Positions 41,508 to 51,248 of a stretch of 64,000 bases of DNA are shown piece by piece (position 1 is the stretch's first letter; each line of letters begins with the position of its first letter). Position numbers and translations under genes: made by a program. Source of the DNA: Candidatus Bathyarchaeia archaeon (GTDB taxonomy: Archaea; Thermoproteota; Bathyarchaeia; Bathyarchaeales; Bathycorpusculaceae); the NCBI GenBank assembly GCA_038882975.1, contig JAVZNE010000001.1, forward strand, positions 224,001 to 288,000. Direction: 5' to 3'. Below the pieces are notes generated by a model. It saw only the letters and a program-made list of their open reading frames with translations, was not told where the DNA came from and did not search any database.

Positions 41508-41906
41508 ATGACAAAGAAAAAGAAAAGCCTAGAAGAAACCGCAACCGCAGAAACACTAGTCCAACCAATAGCCATAGAAACAGCTACGATAGAAGACCTA
41601 AAAACCCGCCTAGAAGAGATTAAGGGCTACGAAGGCGTAATAGGCTATATACTGCGAAACGCCACATCAGCAACCATAGACCTAAAAGACCCAACAAAAC
41701 TCATAGAATACGCCATCCTCTCCTCATCGGCTCTCGACGCTGCAGAAGAACTATCAGAACTGTTTAGTCTAGGAGACTTCCGCGACATCCTCGTGGAGGG
41801 AAGAGACACAAAAATCCTCTCCTTAACAATAGGCGAAAACAGAATAAGCATATTCCTCGAGAAAAACGCCGACATAGAAAAACCCCTCAAAAAACTCCAA
41901 TTTTAA
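41508..41906 (+). CDS. Roadblock/LC7-like protein
   Basis: LEEIK..EGVIGYIL, long helix, ILVEG..TKIL..., ISIFLEK.A.I; SD GGAGG. Confidence 0.7.
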   Translation: MTKKKKSLEETATAETLVQPIAIETATIEDLKTRLEEIKGYEGVIGYILRNATSATIDLKDPTKLIEYAILSSSALDAAEELSELFSLGDFRDILVEGRDTKILSLTIGENRISIFLEKNADIEKPLKKLQF

Positions 41907-42036
41907 AGGGGCTTAAAAGGGCACAATCCCTCATTTTCCAATCTTGCTTCTCTCTTCAGAACACTTAAATCTCCCTCTGCAAATTTATTCAAGTGGAGAA
42001 GGGAACCTTTTAAGCCTCCCTAAAGGAGGCAACATA

Positions 42037-42324
42037 TTGAACTTGCAGGCAAATAACAGGAAGCATAGCAATAAACATCGAGGAAGCCTAGACATAATCG
42101 CAGACATTCTAAGAGCCTCAAAAGGGAAAACAAGGAAAACATACCTCATGTACCGATGCAATTTAAGCTTTAGACAGCTAGAAAACTATTTGAACCTCCT
42201 CTTGGAAAGGGGACTCCTAAAAGCCATAAAAGACAACGGCAACGACACAAGCTTGTTTAGGATTACGGAAAAGGGTGAACGCTTTTTAGAAACCTACAAG
42301 GGCTTATTGGGGCTTATGGAGTAA
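42037..42324 (+). CDS. Winged-helix transcription regulator (R..LDII.DIL type)
   Basis: KT.LMYRCNLS...L..YL..L...GLL...F.ITEKG.RFL; SD GGAGG before TTG 42037. Confidence 0.85.
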   Translation: MNLQANNRKHSNKHRGSLDIIADILRASKGKTRKTYLMYRCNLSFRQLENYLNLLLERGLLKAIKDNGNDTSLFRITEKGERFLETYKGLLGLME

Positions 42325-42534
42325 AGTTTTGAGGAAAACATCGCTAAGCCTCACCCTTTCACCACACTCTTCCACAACCACAAAGTTATACTTGACTAGA
42401 AACTCTACCGCCCTTTTTAGGTCTTGACGGCCAAGCCTTGTTTTCCGCCGTAACTCTTCTAAAGAGTGCCATTCGCCATCCTCGAGGAGTTCAAGGATTT
42501 TTGAAATAGTCTTTTCCGTTGATGTGTCCTCCAG
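42304..42534 (-). CDS. Small winged-helix-like protein with a probable CTG start (absent from the ORF track)
   Basis: 76-codon frame: ILELLEDGEWHSLEELRRKTRL..DLKRAVEFLVKYNFV...VRLS. Confidence 0.6.
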   Translation of the reverse strand: MEDTSTEKTISKILELLEDGEWHSLEELRRKTRLGRQDLKRAVEFLVKYNFVVVEECGERVRLSDVFLKTLLHKPQ

Positions 42535-42618
42535 CGTACTTACTAGTTTTGCCAGAATTGTTTAAATGCCTTCTGAAGTTTTCTTTTAGAGGCTTCCTCT
42601 AGAACAAAAAACGAGAGA

Positions 42619-45414
42619 TTATGCCCCAACCTGCTTTCTCAAAACTTCCTCAACCTTTTCTAGGGCTTCTTTCAGCTTTTCCGGTTTTGTACCTCCGCCC
42701 TGTGCGAAGTTTGTTCTTCCACCGCCTCCGCCGCCAATTATTTCTGAGGCTTCTCGGACAATTTCAGCCGCGTTTACGCCTTTTTCAACAGCCTTTTTCC
42801 CAGCCATAACCATTATCCGAGCTGTTTTTCCATCGGAACCATAAAATACGGCAACAGCCGAGTCGTCCTTCTTTATTATTTCGTTTGCCGTTTGAACCAT
42901 AACATCAACGTTTATCTCCTCTTTAAAATCGCGGGTCACAAGTCTAACTTCGCCTATTTGGCGGACGACCTCTAAGCTTGGTTCTACTCCAACGCCTACA
43001 ACAGCCTGTTTAGCCAGCTTCTCCACAAGCTTCCTTCTTTCCGCCTTCACCTCCTTCAATTCCCTGACGATTTTTTCAGCTGTTTTGTCAAGCTTCTCCA
43101 GTGGAGCGCCGAGGGTTTCTGAAACCCGCCAGAGAAGCTCCTCATTCCTCTGCATAGCCTTCAAGGCTTGGATTCCAACAGCATAAACAAGCCTTTCAAC
43201 GCCGTCTTGTATTCTCTCTGAATGGATGATTTTTATGAAGCCTATCTCGCCGGTGTTCCTAACATGGGTTCCGGCGCAAGCCTCAACCTCCCAGTCTCCA
43301 ACCTTCACAACGCGGATTTCTTTGCCGGGAACAGCTCCGCCTTGATAAAGCCTAAAACCGTATTGGCTTTCAGCCTCCGACCTTGGAAGCCACATGGTTT
43401 CGACGGGTATGTTTCTGAAAACAGCCTCATTGGCTAAAGCCTCTATTTTCTGCACCTCTTCCCGTGTTAATCTGCGGTAGTGGGATATGTCAAGTCTTGA
43501 ACTTTCAACGCTCTTTTGCGTGCCAAACTGCCAAACATGCTGCCCCAAAACGCGTCTTGCCGCGCCATTAACAATGTGGGTGGCTGTGTGCGCCTTCATT
43601 AGGGCGTAGCGCTTATCCCAATCAATGACCCCTCTAATAGTGGCGCCTTCCCTTGGGGCCTTTTTGCCACCAATTTTGTGGACAATAACCTTGCCAACCT
43701 TCTTAACGTCTAAAACTTCGGCTTTCCCGTCTTCGAAAAATAGCCAACCAGTGTCTGATGGTTGCCCACCGCCCTCTGGATAGAAACACGTTTTATCAAG
43801 AATGACGTATTCGCCACCGCCAATAACCTTCAAGACTTTAGCCTTAAACTCGTGCATATATTGGTCCTTATAGTAAAGCGTCTCTGTTTCTGGAAGACCA
43901 GCCACCTCATCCTCAAGCCACTTTTCAGTTTTAGCCTCCTCCTCGGTTGGTTTCTGGGTTTGCATGTGCCTTTCGGCAATCAATGCATAGAAGTTTTCGG
44001 GAACAGCAGCCTCTAAACCTTCGCTTTCGGCTATTTCCTTAACAATTTCTGGCGGAACACCATGCGAGTCGTAAAGCTCCGTCATGGTTTCAACTGGAAC
44101 ACGCCCCACGCCTTTAGCCCTAAGCTCTCCGGCAAGCCTTCTTACTAGGCGTTCACCCCTCGTGATGGTCTCCTTATATTTCTCCTCTTCAACGGCGAGA
44201 ATCTCCATTATTTCGTTGCGCATCTCCCTAAGATGCGGATAATCCAAAGACCAATAATCAATCTGCAAGTCAAAAATGTCATATAGCTTGTCTGCGATGC
44301 CAAGCATCCTTAGCAGACGGTATATTCTGCGGAAAAGAAGCCTAGCCAAGTAGCCCTCCTGAATGTTGGATGGAACAACTCCCTCAGAAAGGATGAAGGT
44401 TAGGCATTTCGTGTGGTCCGTGATTGCAAAGGCATTCTCAACCGGAAGCAAAACATCATCCAATGTTTTCGCGTCAATGCCAATGGCTTCGGCTATCTTC
44501 CTTCTAGCCTCAAATCTGCCAACAGTTTTGTCTAAGCTTATCATAGCTGAATACTTGGCAACCTTCGCCAACAAATCGTAATCAAAGCTTACTCCAGCCA
44601 TCTTGAAGACTTTGCCAAGCAATTCGCCGTAAATGGCGTGAAAAGCGCTGACAGAGCCTTGAGAAAGCCATGCATATCGGTCTATTCCATAGCCAACATC
44701 AACGGTCCGTATTGGCAATTTAATAAACTGGTCGCCGACAACCTTGTACTGCATAAAGACAAGCGTGGCAACTTCTAATCCGCGAACGATACACTCTAAA
44801 CATGGACCAGCATTTCCGCCCCCAGACCAAATCTCTTCCTTATAGGTTACCTCTTCTGGTTTTATACTCAACTCTCTGGCAAATTCATCGTGATAGCGAA
44901 CCGTCTCATCCTTCCAGTAAACCTCCTTGTCAGGGTAGTTGAAGGCGTGCTCCCCACCCATCTCAAAAATTGTAACGTACTTGCCAAAGGTTGGACCAGT
45001 ATTGGTTATGTCCACAAGGCGGATACATGGCTGAGCAATAACGAGAGGATTTGCCGGGGGCGGAGCAATCCCCTCAGTAACATAGGGCTGAAAGTCAATT
45101 ATGCTTGCATGCGTCAAGTATATGTCGTCCCGCCACCTAGCCACAACCGGGTAGGGCTTTATCCGCGTGTGTCCCCGCCTCTCAAAGAAGGAGAGGAAGA
45201 ACTCCCGCATCTCCCGCAAATTGTAGCTCCGCCTTGTGGGCGGGTTCCCAATAAAAGTGTAGTGGGCACAACCTTCCGGTCTGGCTTCCCCACAAGTTTC
45301 TTGTTCAGGGTTTAAGGTCCAATAGTATGTGCCGCACTTTGGACAAAGTTTCCTAACATAACCCTTCTCCTTAAAGAAGGGAAGGGCATACTCCTCTGCT
45401 GGAAATCTCTCCAA
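42619..45414 (-). CDS. alaS: Alanyl-tRNA synthetase
   Basis: ASI.DFQP, QPCIR, FEM, editing HTATH..CAGTH, DHHA1 GGGGG tail. Confidence 0.97.
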   Translation of the reverse strand: MERFPAEEYALPFFKEKGYVRKLCPKCGTYYWTLNPEQETCGEARPEGCAHYTFIGNPPTRRSYNLREMREFFLSFFERRGHTRIKPYPVVARWRDDIYLTHASIIDFQPYVTEGIAPPPANPLVIAQPCIRLVDITNTGPTFGKYVTIFEMGGEHAFNYPDKEVYWKDETVRYHDEFARELSIKPEEVTYKEEIWSGGGNAGPCLECIVRGLEVATLVFMQYKVVGDQFIKLPIRTVDVGYGIDRYAWLSQGSVSAFHAIYGELLGKVFKMAGVSFDYDLLAKVAKYSAMISLDKTVGRFEARRKIAEAIGIDAKTLDDVLLPVENAFAITDHTKCLTFILSEGVVPSNIQEGYLARLLFRRIYRLLRMLGIADKLYDIFDLQIDYWSLDYPHLREMRNEIMEILAVEEEKYKETITRGERLVRRLAGELRAKGVGRVPVETMTELYDSHGVPPEIVKEIAESEGLEAAVPENFYALIAERHMQTQKPTEEEAKTEKWLEDEVAGLPETETLYYKDQYMHEFKAKVLKVIGGGEYVILDKTCFYPEGGGQPSDTGWLFFEDGKAEVLDVKKVGKVIVHKIGGKKAPREGATIRGVIDWDKRYALMKAHTATHIVNGAARRVLGQHVWQFGTQKSVESSRLDISHYRRLTREEVQKIEALANEAVFRNIPVETMWLPRSEAESQYGFRLYQGGAVPGKEIRVVKVGDWEVEACAGTHVRNTGEIGFIKIIHSERIQDGVERLVYAVGIQALKAMQRNEELLWRVSETLGAPLEKLDKTAEKIVRELKEVKAERRKLVEKLAKQAVVGVGVEPSLEVVRQIGEVRLVTRDFKEEINVDVMVQTANEIIKKDDSAVAVFYGSDGKTARIMVMAGKKAVEKGVNAAEIVREASEIIGGGGGGRTNFAQGGGTKPEKLKEALEKVEEVLRKQVGA

Positions 45415-45496
45415 CTCTGAACGCCTCTGTAAACTCTCTTATTCCCAATAGTGTTTTAATGGATTAACAAGGTGGTCTTCCATTTAAACTATTTTG

Positions 45497-45811
45497 CTAT
45501 CCAAGTTTTAAGCCTAAAATGAAGCCTGCAACAAAGCTTCCAAAAAAGGGCAACAAAGCCACTACGCTGACTAGCCATGAGATTGCTGACCCGGCCCAAT
45601 GGAAAAAGTTGCTTACAGCCTCGAACAATGCTTCATAGTTTATGCTCACGTGTATTATCCCCTTCATGCCGAGATAAAGGAGAACAACAATGAATAATCC
45701 TATCAGAAGCAGTATGAGCTTACTTAACTTTTTGAGGGTGAATCCCAAGATGAAGCCGCCTATCCCGCCGACGCCCAACTGGAAAATTATCGATGGGAAA
45801 ACTTCGCTCAT
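45497..45811 (-). CDS. FUN14-like membrane protein
   Basis: GG..GF..GF.LKK and C-terminal F.AGF.LG. Confidence 0.8.
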   Translation of the reverse strand: MSEVFPSIIFQLGVGGIGGFILGFTLKKLSKLILLLIGLFIVVLLYLGMKGIIHVSINYEALFEAVSNFFHWAGSAISWLVSVVALLPFFGSFVAGFILGLKLG

Positions 45812-45892
45812 CTACGGTTTCTCCAAACGTTCTGCTACTGTTAAAATTTATCAGCTTAATAACCTTTTAGCACCATCTAATATTAGGCGGGG

Positions 45893-46147
45893 GTGAATAG
45901 ACTGGAATTGCTTGAAATATACTTGTTAAACTTGGCTTTAACTTTAGGCATGTTTGTTGTTTTGATTTTTAGGGCTTGGATTGAGCTTAAAAACTATAGG
46001 TTGATGTGGAAGGAGCTGGAGTGGAGGCAAACCTATCAGGCTGTGGGGCGCATACTAAAGGCTGAAAGGGAAATGTTCTCGAAGGTTGAGGGCGGAGACG
46101 AGCTTTATAGGCTGCTGTGCGAAATTTTCAAGGTTAAAGAGGGCTAG
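45893..46147 (+). CDS. Hypothetical small membrane protein
   Basis: Single N-terminal TM helix and a charged C-terminus; fills the intergenic gap. Confidence 0.6.
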   Translation: MNRLELLEIYLLNLALTLGMFVVLIFRAWIELKNYRLMWKELEWRQTYQAVGRILKAEREMFSKVEGGDELYRLLCEIFKVKEG

Positions 46148-46158
46148 GAGCCTCTTAT

Positions 46159-47499
46159 CTACGGGTAGTGCCAGCCCTCAATTAATCCATTCACAGAAAC
46201 GTGGCGCTTTTCCATTCCGTAGCGGATGAAGGGCTTTGTTAAATGCCTTTGAGAACGTGGAGAGGTTATATAAAGTCCCTTCCGCACTTCACGCTTAACC
46301 TTGACAGCGACCTTCTCCAGCTCTGCATAGCGCGTGCCGCATTTTTCACATCTGAAGCCTTTGCCTTTCCCCATGGATTTTAGCCGTTTACCACACTGCG
46401 GGCAAGCTGGGTTTTGGTAAACAATTTTTGGTGCAAGCTTCAATAAGCGCAGTTTTTCAAGATTTATTGTTAATGGGCGCTTTTCGGATGGTGGGCGAAC
46501 GCCGCCATAAACTTCCACAAAATCGCCAATAATGAGTTTGCTTGCCACTTTCCTCAGTGTGCCAGTAGGTTCATATGCGGCACAGTCGACAGAAGCGCTG
46601 TTGTCCTTAATCTGGAAGATAATATGTCTTCTCGGAATTATCTTCGGATTTGACGCTACCGTTCCCTTGGCTATGACTGGGTGGTAAGGTTTTACCTCGC
46701 TTAAACTTTTAACCCGTTTTAGGTGGGCGTCCGTGCCGTGGTTTGTGCGGAAAATTACCCAACGTTCCACAGGCTCTAGGGGCTTAACCATCTCGAATGC
46801 CTTCTTAACAATTTCTGGGGTTTCACCCCTTATCCCAAAGAGGATGGGGTCTGGTCCCCGAGGCGTTATCAAAATTCTGCCAGTTTCCGGGTCAACATTG
46901 TTAAAGGTGTAAGGGGCTGTCGCCTTATCCATCTCGAAAACAGAAGCCACATCTATCCTTCTCTTCAAGCCATAGTTTCCCGGAACACGGTAGGCTATAA
47001 CTTCGAAGGTGTGGTCTCCATGGAGGTTTTCACCCACAGCAGCCAAACCGCCGATTATCCCGCGTCCATTTTTGAAGCCTATGGCTTCGGCTCTGAAACG
47101 CTTTAGGATTTTTAGGGCTGTTTTCATGTCCGCAATGCCGGTTATGGCGTTTTTTGCAAAAGCTTTAACCTCTCCCGGAATTTTCGCTCTTTGGAAGAAG
47201 ACTATTCCGGGTTCTGTTCCTTTGTAGGCTAGGTCGGAGTTTTCTTCGACGGTTTCTATTACTGTTTCCTTAATAACGTCAACAAGGCTTTCTTCACATT
47301 TTATTCTTAGACATAAAGCCCCGTTCCCCCTCGTTTTCCAAGGAACGTTTGGGTTCAACCTAACAAGGTTTGGATAGTCTGTGAACACTGCGCCTAACTT
47401 ATGCAGTTTCTCAACTAATAGTGCCGCAATGTAGGTTGTGCATCCTTTTCTCGGAGAGTCTGTATCGTCAAAGCCTATATGTAATTGTTGTAAAGTCAT
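46159..47499 (-). CDS. tiaS: tRNA(Ile2) 2-agmatinylcytidine synthetase
   Basis: GFDDTDS..GCTT, RLNPNVPWKTRGNG, OB fold, zinc ribbon, RHLTKP. Confidence 0.95.
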   Translation of the reverse strand: MTLQQLHIGFDDTDSPRKGCTTYIAALLVEKLHKLGAVFTDYPNLVRLNPNVPWKTRGNGALCLRIKCEESLVDVIKETVIETVEENSDLAYKGTEPGIVFFQRAKIPGEVKAFAKNAITGIADMKTALKILKRFRAEAIGFKNGRGIIGGLAAVGENLHGDHTFEVIAYRVPGNYGLKRRIDVASVFEMDKATAPYTFNNVDPETGRILITPRGPDPILFGIRGETPEIVKKAFEMVKPLEPVERWVIFRTNHGTDAHLKRVKSLSEVKPYHPVIAKGTVASNPKIIPRRHIIFQIKDNSASVDCAAYEPTGTLRKVASKLIIGDFVEVYGGVRPPSEKRPLTINLEKLRLLKLAPKIVYQNPACPQCGKRLKSMGKGKGFRCEKCGTRYAELEKVAVKVKREVRKGLYITSPRSQRHLTKPFIRYGMEKRHVSVNGLIEGWHYP

Positions 47500-47607
47500 T
47501 CACATGCCTAACAGCATTAGCACCATGAAGGCTTAAAAATTGTGCTTTGACATTTTGACGTTAGCAAATACTTCACACGTCTGGAAATAAAAGAGAGTGG
47601 GGTTAGG

Positions 47608-47850
47608 CTACTTTGTTGCTTCCTCAACTATGATCATTGTTAATGTTGACCTAACTTTGTCGAGTCTTCGAATGCGCCAAGTTACAATCTCCTTAAGCTT
47701 GTCCATTGATTCAGCGCCTACCCTCGCGATTATGTCATATACACCGTAAACAGCGAAGGCTTCTTCAACACCCTCAATCTTCTTTAAATCCTTTAGAACA
47801 TCTGACTCTGAGCCTATCTCCGTGTTGATTAATACAAAGGCTTTCGGCAT
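47608..47850 (-). CDS. Stand-alone Lrp/AsnC ligand-binding (RAM) domain protein
   Basis: AFVLI, VYG.YDII, V.STLT; no HTH. Confidence 0.88.
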   Translation of the reverse strand: MPKAFVLINTEIGSESDVLKDLKKIEGVEEAFAVYGVYDIIARVGAESMDKLKEIVTWRIRRLDKVRSTLTMIIVEEATK

Positions 47851-47932
47851 TTAAACCTCCTCATGATATTGTCTTATCCTCTGCATTAAAATATTTTGTG
47901 TTACGAAAAAGGGAAACTACGAATATTTTAAA

Positions 47933-49111
47933 ATGGACCAGAATGCATTTTATATCATGCGTTTGGAAGTCGTTGTTGTTTACTACATGGTTTCGGCTTT
48001 AGGCGAATTCTCCCTTGAAATTCCCTATTTGGCTTATTATCTCTTCCAAAGCCTTGGGTTGGGTTACAGTTTCTTATACATTGCAGTCTTCGCACTTGTT
48101 TTCGGCTTACTTGACTACCCAACTGGCGGTCTTGCAGACCGTTTTGGAAGAAAACGCACATACGCCCTGGGTTTGGCTTTCATTGCCCTCAACTATTTAA
48201 TAGTGGCATTCTATCCTTTTCCTATAATTGTAATTTTAGCCGCCTTTTCGGCTGGTTTTGGGGCTGCCCTTCAAAGCGGCTCCCTTGAAGCTTGGATAAC
48301 CGACGAGTTAGAGAAAGACGGGAAGATTAAAGATTTAGACAAGGTTTTTGGACGGGGAACATCCTTCAGCCTCATAGCGGATGTGATCGCTGGAATTGCT
48401 GGAAGCATCATCACATTTATTGTTGGATATTGGTGGACCATCCCCACGGCTGGAATTATCGCCTTAGCAGCCTTCGTATTTGCGATGATTTTCATGCCAG
48501 AAAATTGGGGCGCAGGTGAAAGGAAACCTTATACCAAACTGCTGAAGAGTGGGGCTAGATGGATTTTTGGAAGGAAATCGCTGTTATTTTTGGGGTTAGC
48601 CCAAACCCTCTTCATAGCTGGCGCCTACTCATATTGGGAGACGCTAACACCAGTCTACGGCGAGAGGGGAATGCCAGAAGCCCTCTTTGGCTTGATAGGC
48701 TCAGCCATGCACTTGCCAGCAGTAGCCACCACCGCCTATGCACACCGCTTAACAAGAAAAGTTGGCTGTATGAAAGCCACAGTCATTTTATCTTGGGCTT
48801 GGACTGGCTCATGTCTCCTAATCACATTTTTAACTCATCCAGCCGCCACCATAATTTTGGTTATTTTATTGGAAAGCCTTATTGCCACACGCCACCCCAT
48901 AATTGAATTTTGGCAGAATACACTTATCCCCAGCGGTATACGAGCAACGGTTCTAAGCGGTTTAAGCACTTTAATGCATGTTGGGCAAAGCTTCACCTTA
49001 TTCATATTATCTCCCCTCGTGCAGGTGTACGGAACAACCTGGGGGCTACTCTCGGCAGTCGCCCTAACAACCATCTCAAACATTACCCTATTTTTCACAG
49101 AGGAAGGCTAA
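47933..49111 (+). CDS. MFS transporter
   Basis: About 12 TM helices; PTGGLADRFGRK motif A. Confidence 0.9.
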   Translation: MDQNAFYIMRLEVVVVYYMVSALGEFSLEIPYLAYYLFQSLGLGYSFLYIAVFALVFGLLDYPTGGLADRFGRKRTYALGLAFIALNYLIVAFYPFPIIVILAAFSAGFGAALQSGSLEAWITDELEKDGKIKDLDKVFGRGTSFSLIADVIAGIAGSIITFIVGYWWTIPTAGIIALAAFVFAMIFMPENWGAGERKPYTKLLKSGARWIFGRKSLLFLGLAQTLFIAGAYSYWETLTPVYGERGMPEALFGLIGSAMHLPAVATTAYAHRLTRKVGCMKATVILSWAWTGSCLLITFLTHPAATIILVILLESLIATRHPIIEFWQNTLIPSGIRATVLSGLSTLMHVGQSFTLFILSPLVQVYGTTWGLLSAVALTTISNITLFFTEEG

Positions 49112-49186
49112 TTTTAGTTAGGAGAATGTTTGAGATTGAAAATATTCTTATCCTTAATGTGCGATATTAGCTGTTAGGTTCGGGAT

Positions 49187-50743
49187 ATGACTGCTGAAAG
49201 CGTTGTAGGCGAATACATTACAAGTCGTGAAATGCGGGCTTTAGAGTTGAACGCCGAATATTTTGGGGTTTCATTGCTTCAGCTTATGGAAAACGCTGGG
49301 CGAAACGTAGCCCAAGAAATAGCCAAAAGGTTCACACCGGACAAAAGAGTGGCGGTTTTCTGCGGTTTAGGAGGCAACGGAGGAGATGGTTTTGTTGCGG
49401 CAAGACACTTGTCTGCCATGGGTTTTAAGGTAACCGTTATCTTGGCTGGAAAGGCGAAAGAAATTTCTCATAAAGCGGCTTTAGAGAACTGGAAGGCTCT
49501 CCAATTCCTAAAGGAAAGCGTCACCATCCACGAGGTTTCTGATAGTGCACTAACGCCCAACGTGGAAGCGGATATCGTTGTGGACGCGCTGCTTGGAACT
49601 GGCACAAAGGGTAGGCTTAAGCCGCCAATACAGCAACTCGTTGAAAAAATTAACATGTTAAACGCCTTCAAGGTGGCTGTTGACGTGCCAACGGGCATAG
49701 ATTCCGATACTGGAGAAGTTTTAGGAACAGCTGTAAAGGCTAATTTGACAATAACCTTTTACAAGGCTAAGGCTGGCTTGGAGAAAGCCAAAGACTATGT
49801 TGGTGAACTACTCGTCAAGGATATAGGCTTGCCAAAAGAGCTTGAAAACTATGCTGGACCTGGAGATGTCAGCCTTGTTTTAAAACCGCGCCCTCCAGAA
49901 TCCCACAAAGGCGATTTTGGCAGACTGCTCGTGGTTGGTGGAAGCGAAACCTTTTCCGGAGCCCCAGCCTTGGTGGCACTCGCCGCCCTAAGAACTGGTG
50001 TCGACTTGGCTTATGTCGCCGCGCCCCACAAAACAGCCCATGACATCGCCGCCCTCGCACCAGACCTAATAACATTAAAACTTGACGGAGACCACCTGAA
50101 CATGGGCAACATTCCAGCCCTAAAAGCATATGTGGAAAAGGCTGATGCTGTTGCCATCGGCCCTGGATTGGGGCTTCACGCGGAAACAAAGGACGCTGTT
50201 AAAGCCCTAGTGGAGGTTGTTGAAGGCGCTGGCAAGCCCCTTTTGTTGGATGCTGACGGCTTAAAGGCTTTTTCAGAATTCAAGAGAAGGCTTAAAGTGC
50301 CAGCAGTGCTCACGCCTCATGCTGGAGAATACGCCATACTAACTGGGAAAGGGTTGCCGGAAAACTTGAAGGAGAAAGCCTTAGAAGCGCAGAAAACAGC
50401 CGCTGAGCTTGGCGTTGTGCTGCTCCTTAAAGGCGCAGTGGACATTATCGCAGATGAAAAACGCTTCAAACTCAATTTCACGGGTAATCCCGGCATGACA
50501 GTTGGCGGAACTGGAGACGTGCTTTCAGGCATTGTAGGCGCTTTCTTGGCTCAAGGCGCAGACCCTTTTGAGGCGGCGGTTGCCGGAGCCTTTGTGAACG
50601 GGGCTGCTGGAGACTTTGTTTTTGAGGAGAAGGGCTACCACATGGTGGCATCAGACCTTCTAGAATGGATTCCAAAAGTTTTGGACAACCCAATGAGCCA
50701 CTTAAAGGTGCAGAAGTTTAGTGCAACAGCAAAAACCAGTTAG
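49187..50743 (+). CDS. nnr: Bifunctional NAD(P)HX epimerase/dehydratase
   Basis: LMENAG, G.GGNGGDG, HKGDFG, DADGL, TPHAGE, GGTGDVL. Confidence 0.95.
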   Translation: MTAESVVGEYITSREMRALELNAEYFGVSLLQLMENAGRNVAQEIAKRFTPDKRVAVFCGLGGNGGDGFVAARHLSAMGFKVTVILAGKAKEISHKAALENWKALQFLKESVTIHEVSDSALTPNVEADIVVDALLGTGTKGRLKPPIQQLVEKINMLNAFKVAVDVPTGIDSDTGEVLGTAVKANLTITFYKAKAGLEKAKDYVGELLVKDIGLPKELENYAGPGDVSLVLKPRPPESHKGDFGRLLVVGGSETFSGAPALVALAALRTGVDLAYVAAPHKTAHDIAALAPDLITLKLDGDHLNMGNIPALKAYVEKADAVAIGPGLGLHAETKDAVKALVEVVEGAGKPLLLDADGLKAFSEFKRRLKVPAVLTPHAGEYAILTGKGLPENLKEKALEAQKTAAELGVVLLLKGAVDIIADEKRFKLNFTGNPGMTVGGTGDVLSGIVGAFLAQGADPFEAAVAGAFVNGAAGDFVFEEKGYHMVASDLLEWIPKVLDNPMSHLKVQKFSATAKTS

Positions 50744-51248
50744 AATAGTCGTTTACCATGCTGGGCAATGCGACCCCAAAAAGTGCACAGCCCTAAAACT
50801 TAAACGCCACGGACTAATCCAGCTGGTCCATCAAATCAAACACCTGCCGAGAAGAGCCGTTGTCCTAAACCCCTACTCGAAAAGGGCTTTCTCGCCAGCG
50901 GACAAGGAACGCATAGCAAACTTTGGTTTGGCAGCCCTAGACTTCAGCTGGGAACATGCAGAAAAACCCCTACTAAAAAGCGTTCGGGGTACATCGCGCT
51001 GCCTACCATACCTAATAGCCGGCAATCCAGTCAATTTTGGCTGCCCAACAAAGCTCAGCACTGCTGAAGCCCTAGCCGCAGCCCTCTACATAGCCGGATA
51101 CCGCCAACAAGCCTTTAGGCTTTTGTCCATATTCAAGTGGGGACACACCTTCATAGAACTAAACAAGACAATGCTTGAAAGCTACGCAAAAGCAAAAAAT
51201 AGCGGCGAAATAGTGGAAATGCAGAAGCAGTGGATAAAAACCGTTTAG
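50721..51248 (+). CDS. tsr3: 16S rRNA aminocarboxypropyltransferase Tsr3 (DUF367)
   Basis: CDPKKCT, LPYL.A.NPVNFG, LSTAEA, FKWG..F..LN. Confidence 0.92.
   Translation: MQQQKPVRIVVYHAGQCDPKKCTALKLKRHGLIQLVHQIKHLPRRAVVLNPYSKRAFSPADKERIANFGLAALDFSWEHAEKPLLKSVRGTSRCLPYLIAGNPVNFGCPTKLSTAEALAAALYIAGYRQQAFRLLSIFKWGHTFIELNKTMLESYAKAKNSGEIVEMQKQWIKTV

Noticed and set aside
42580-42610. TAGAGG-ctt-CCTCTA hairpin as a repeat-family member
   Set aside because: It lacks the other conserved blocks and is more simply a terminator-like hairpin after alaS.
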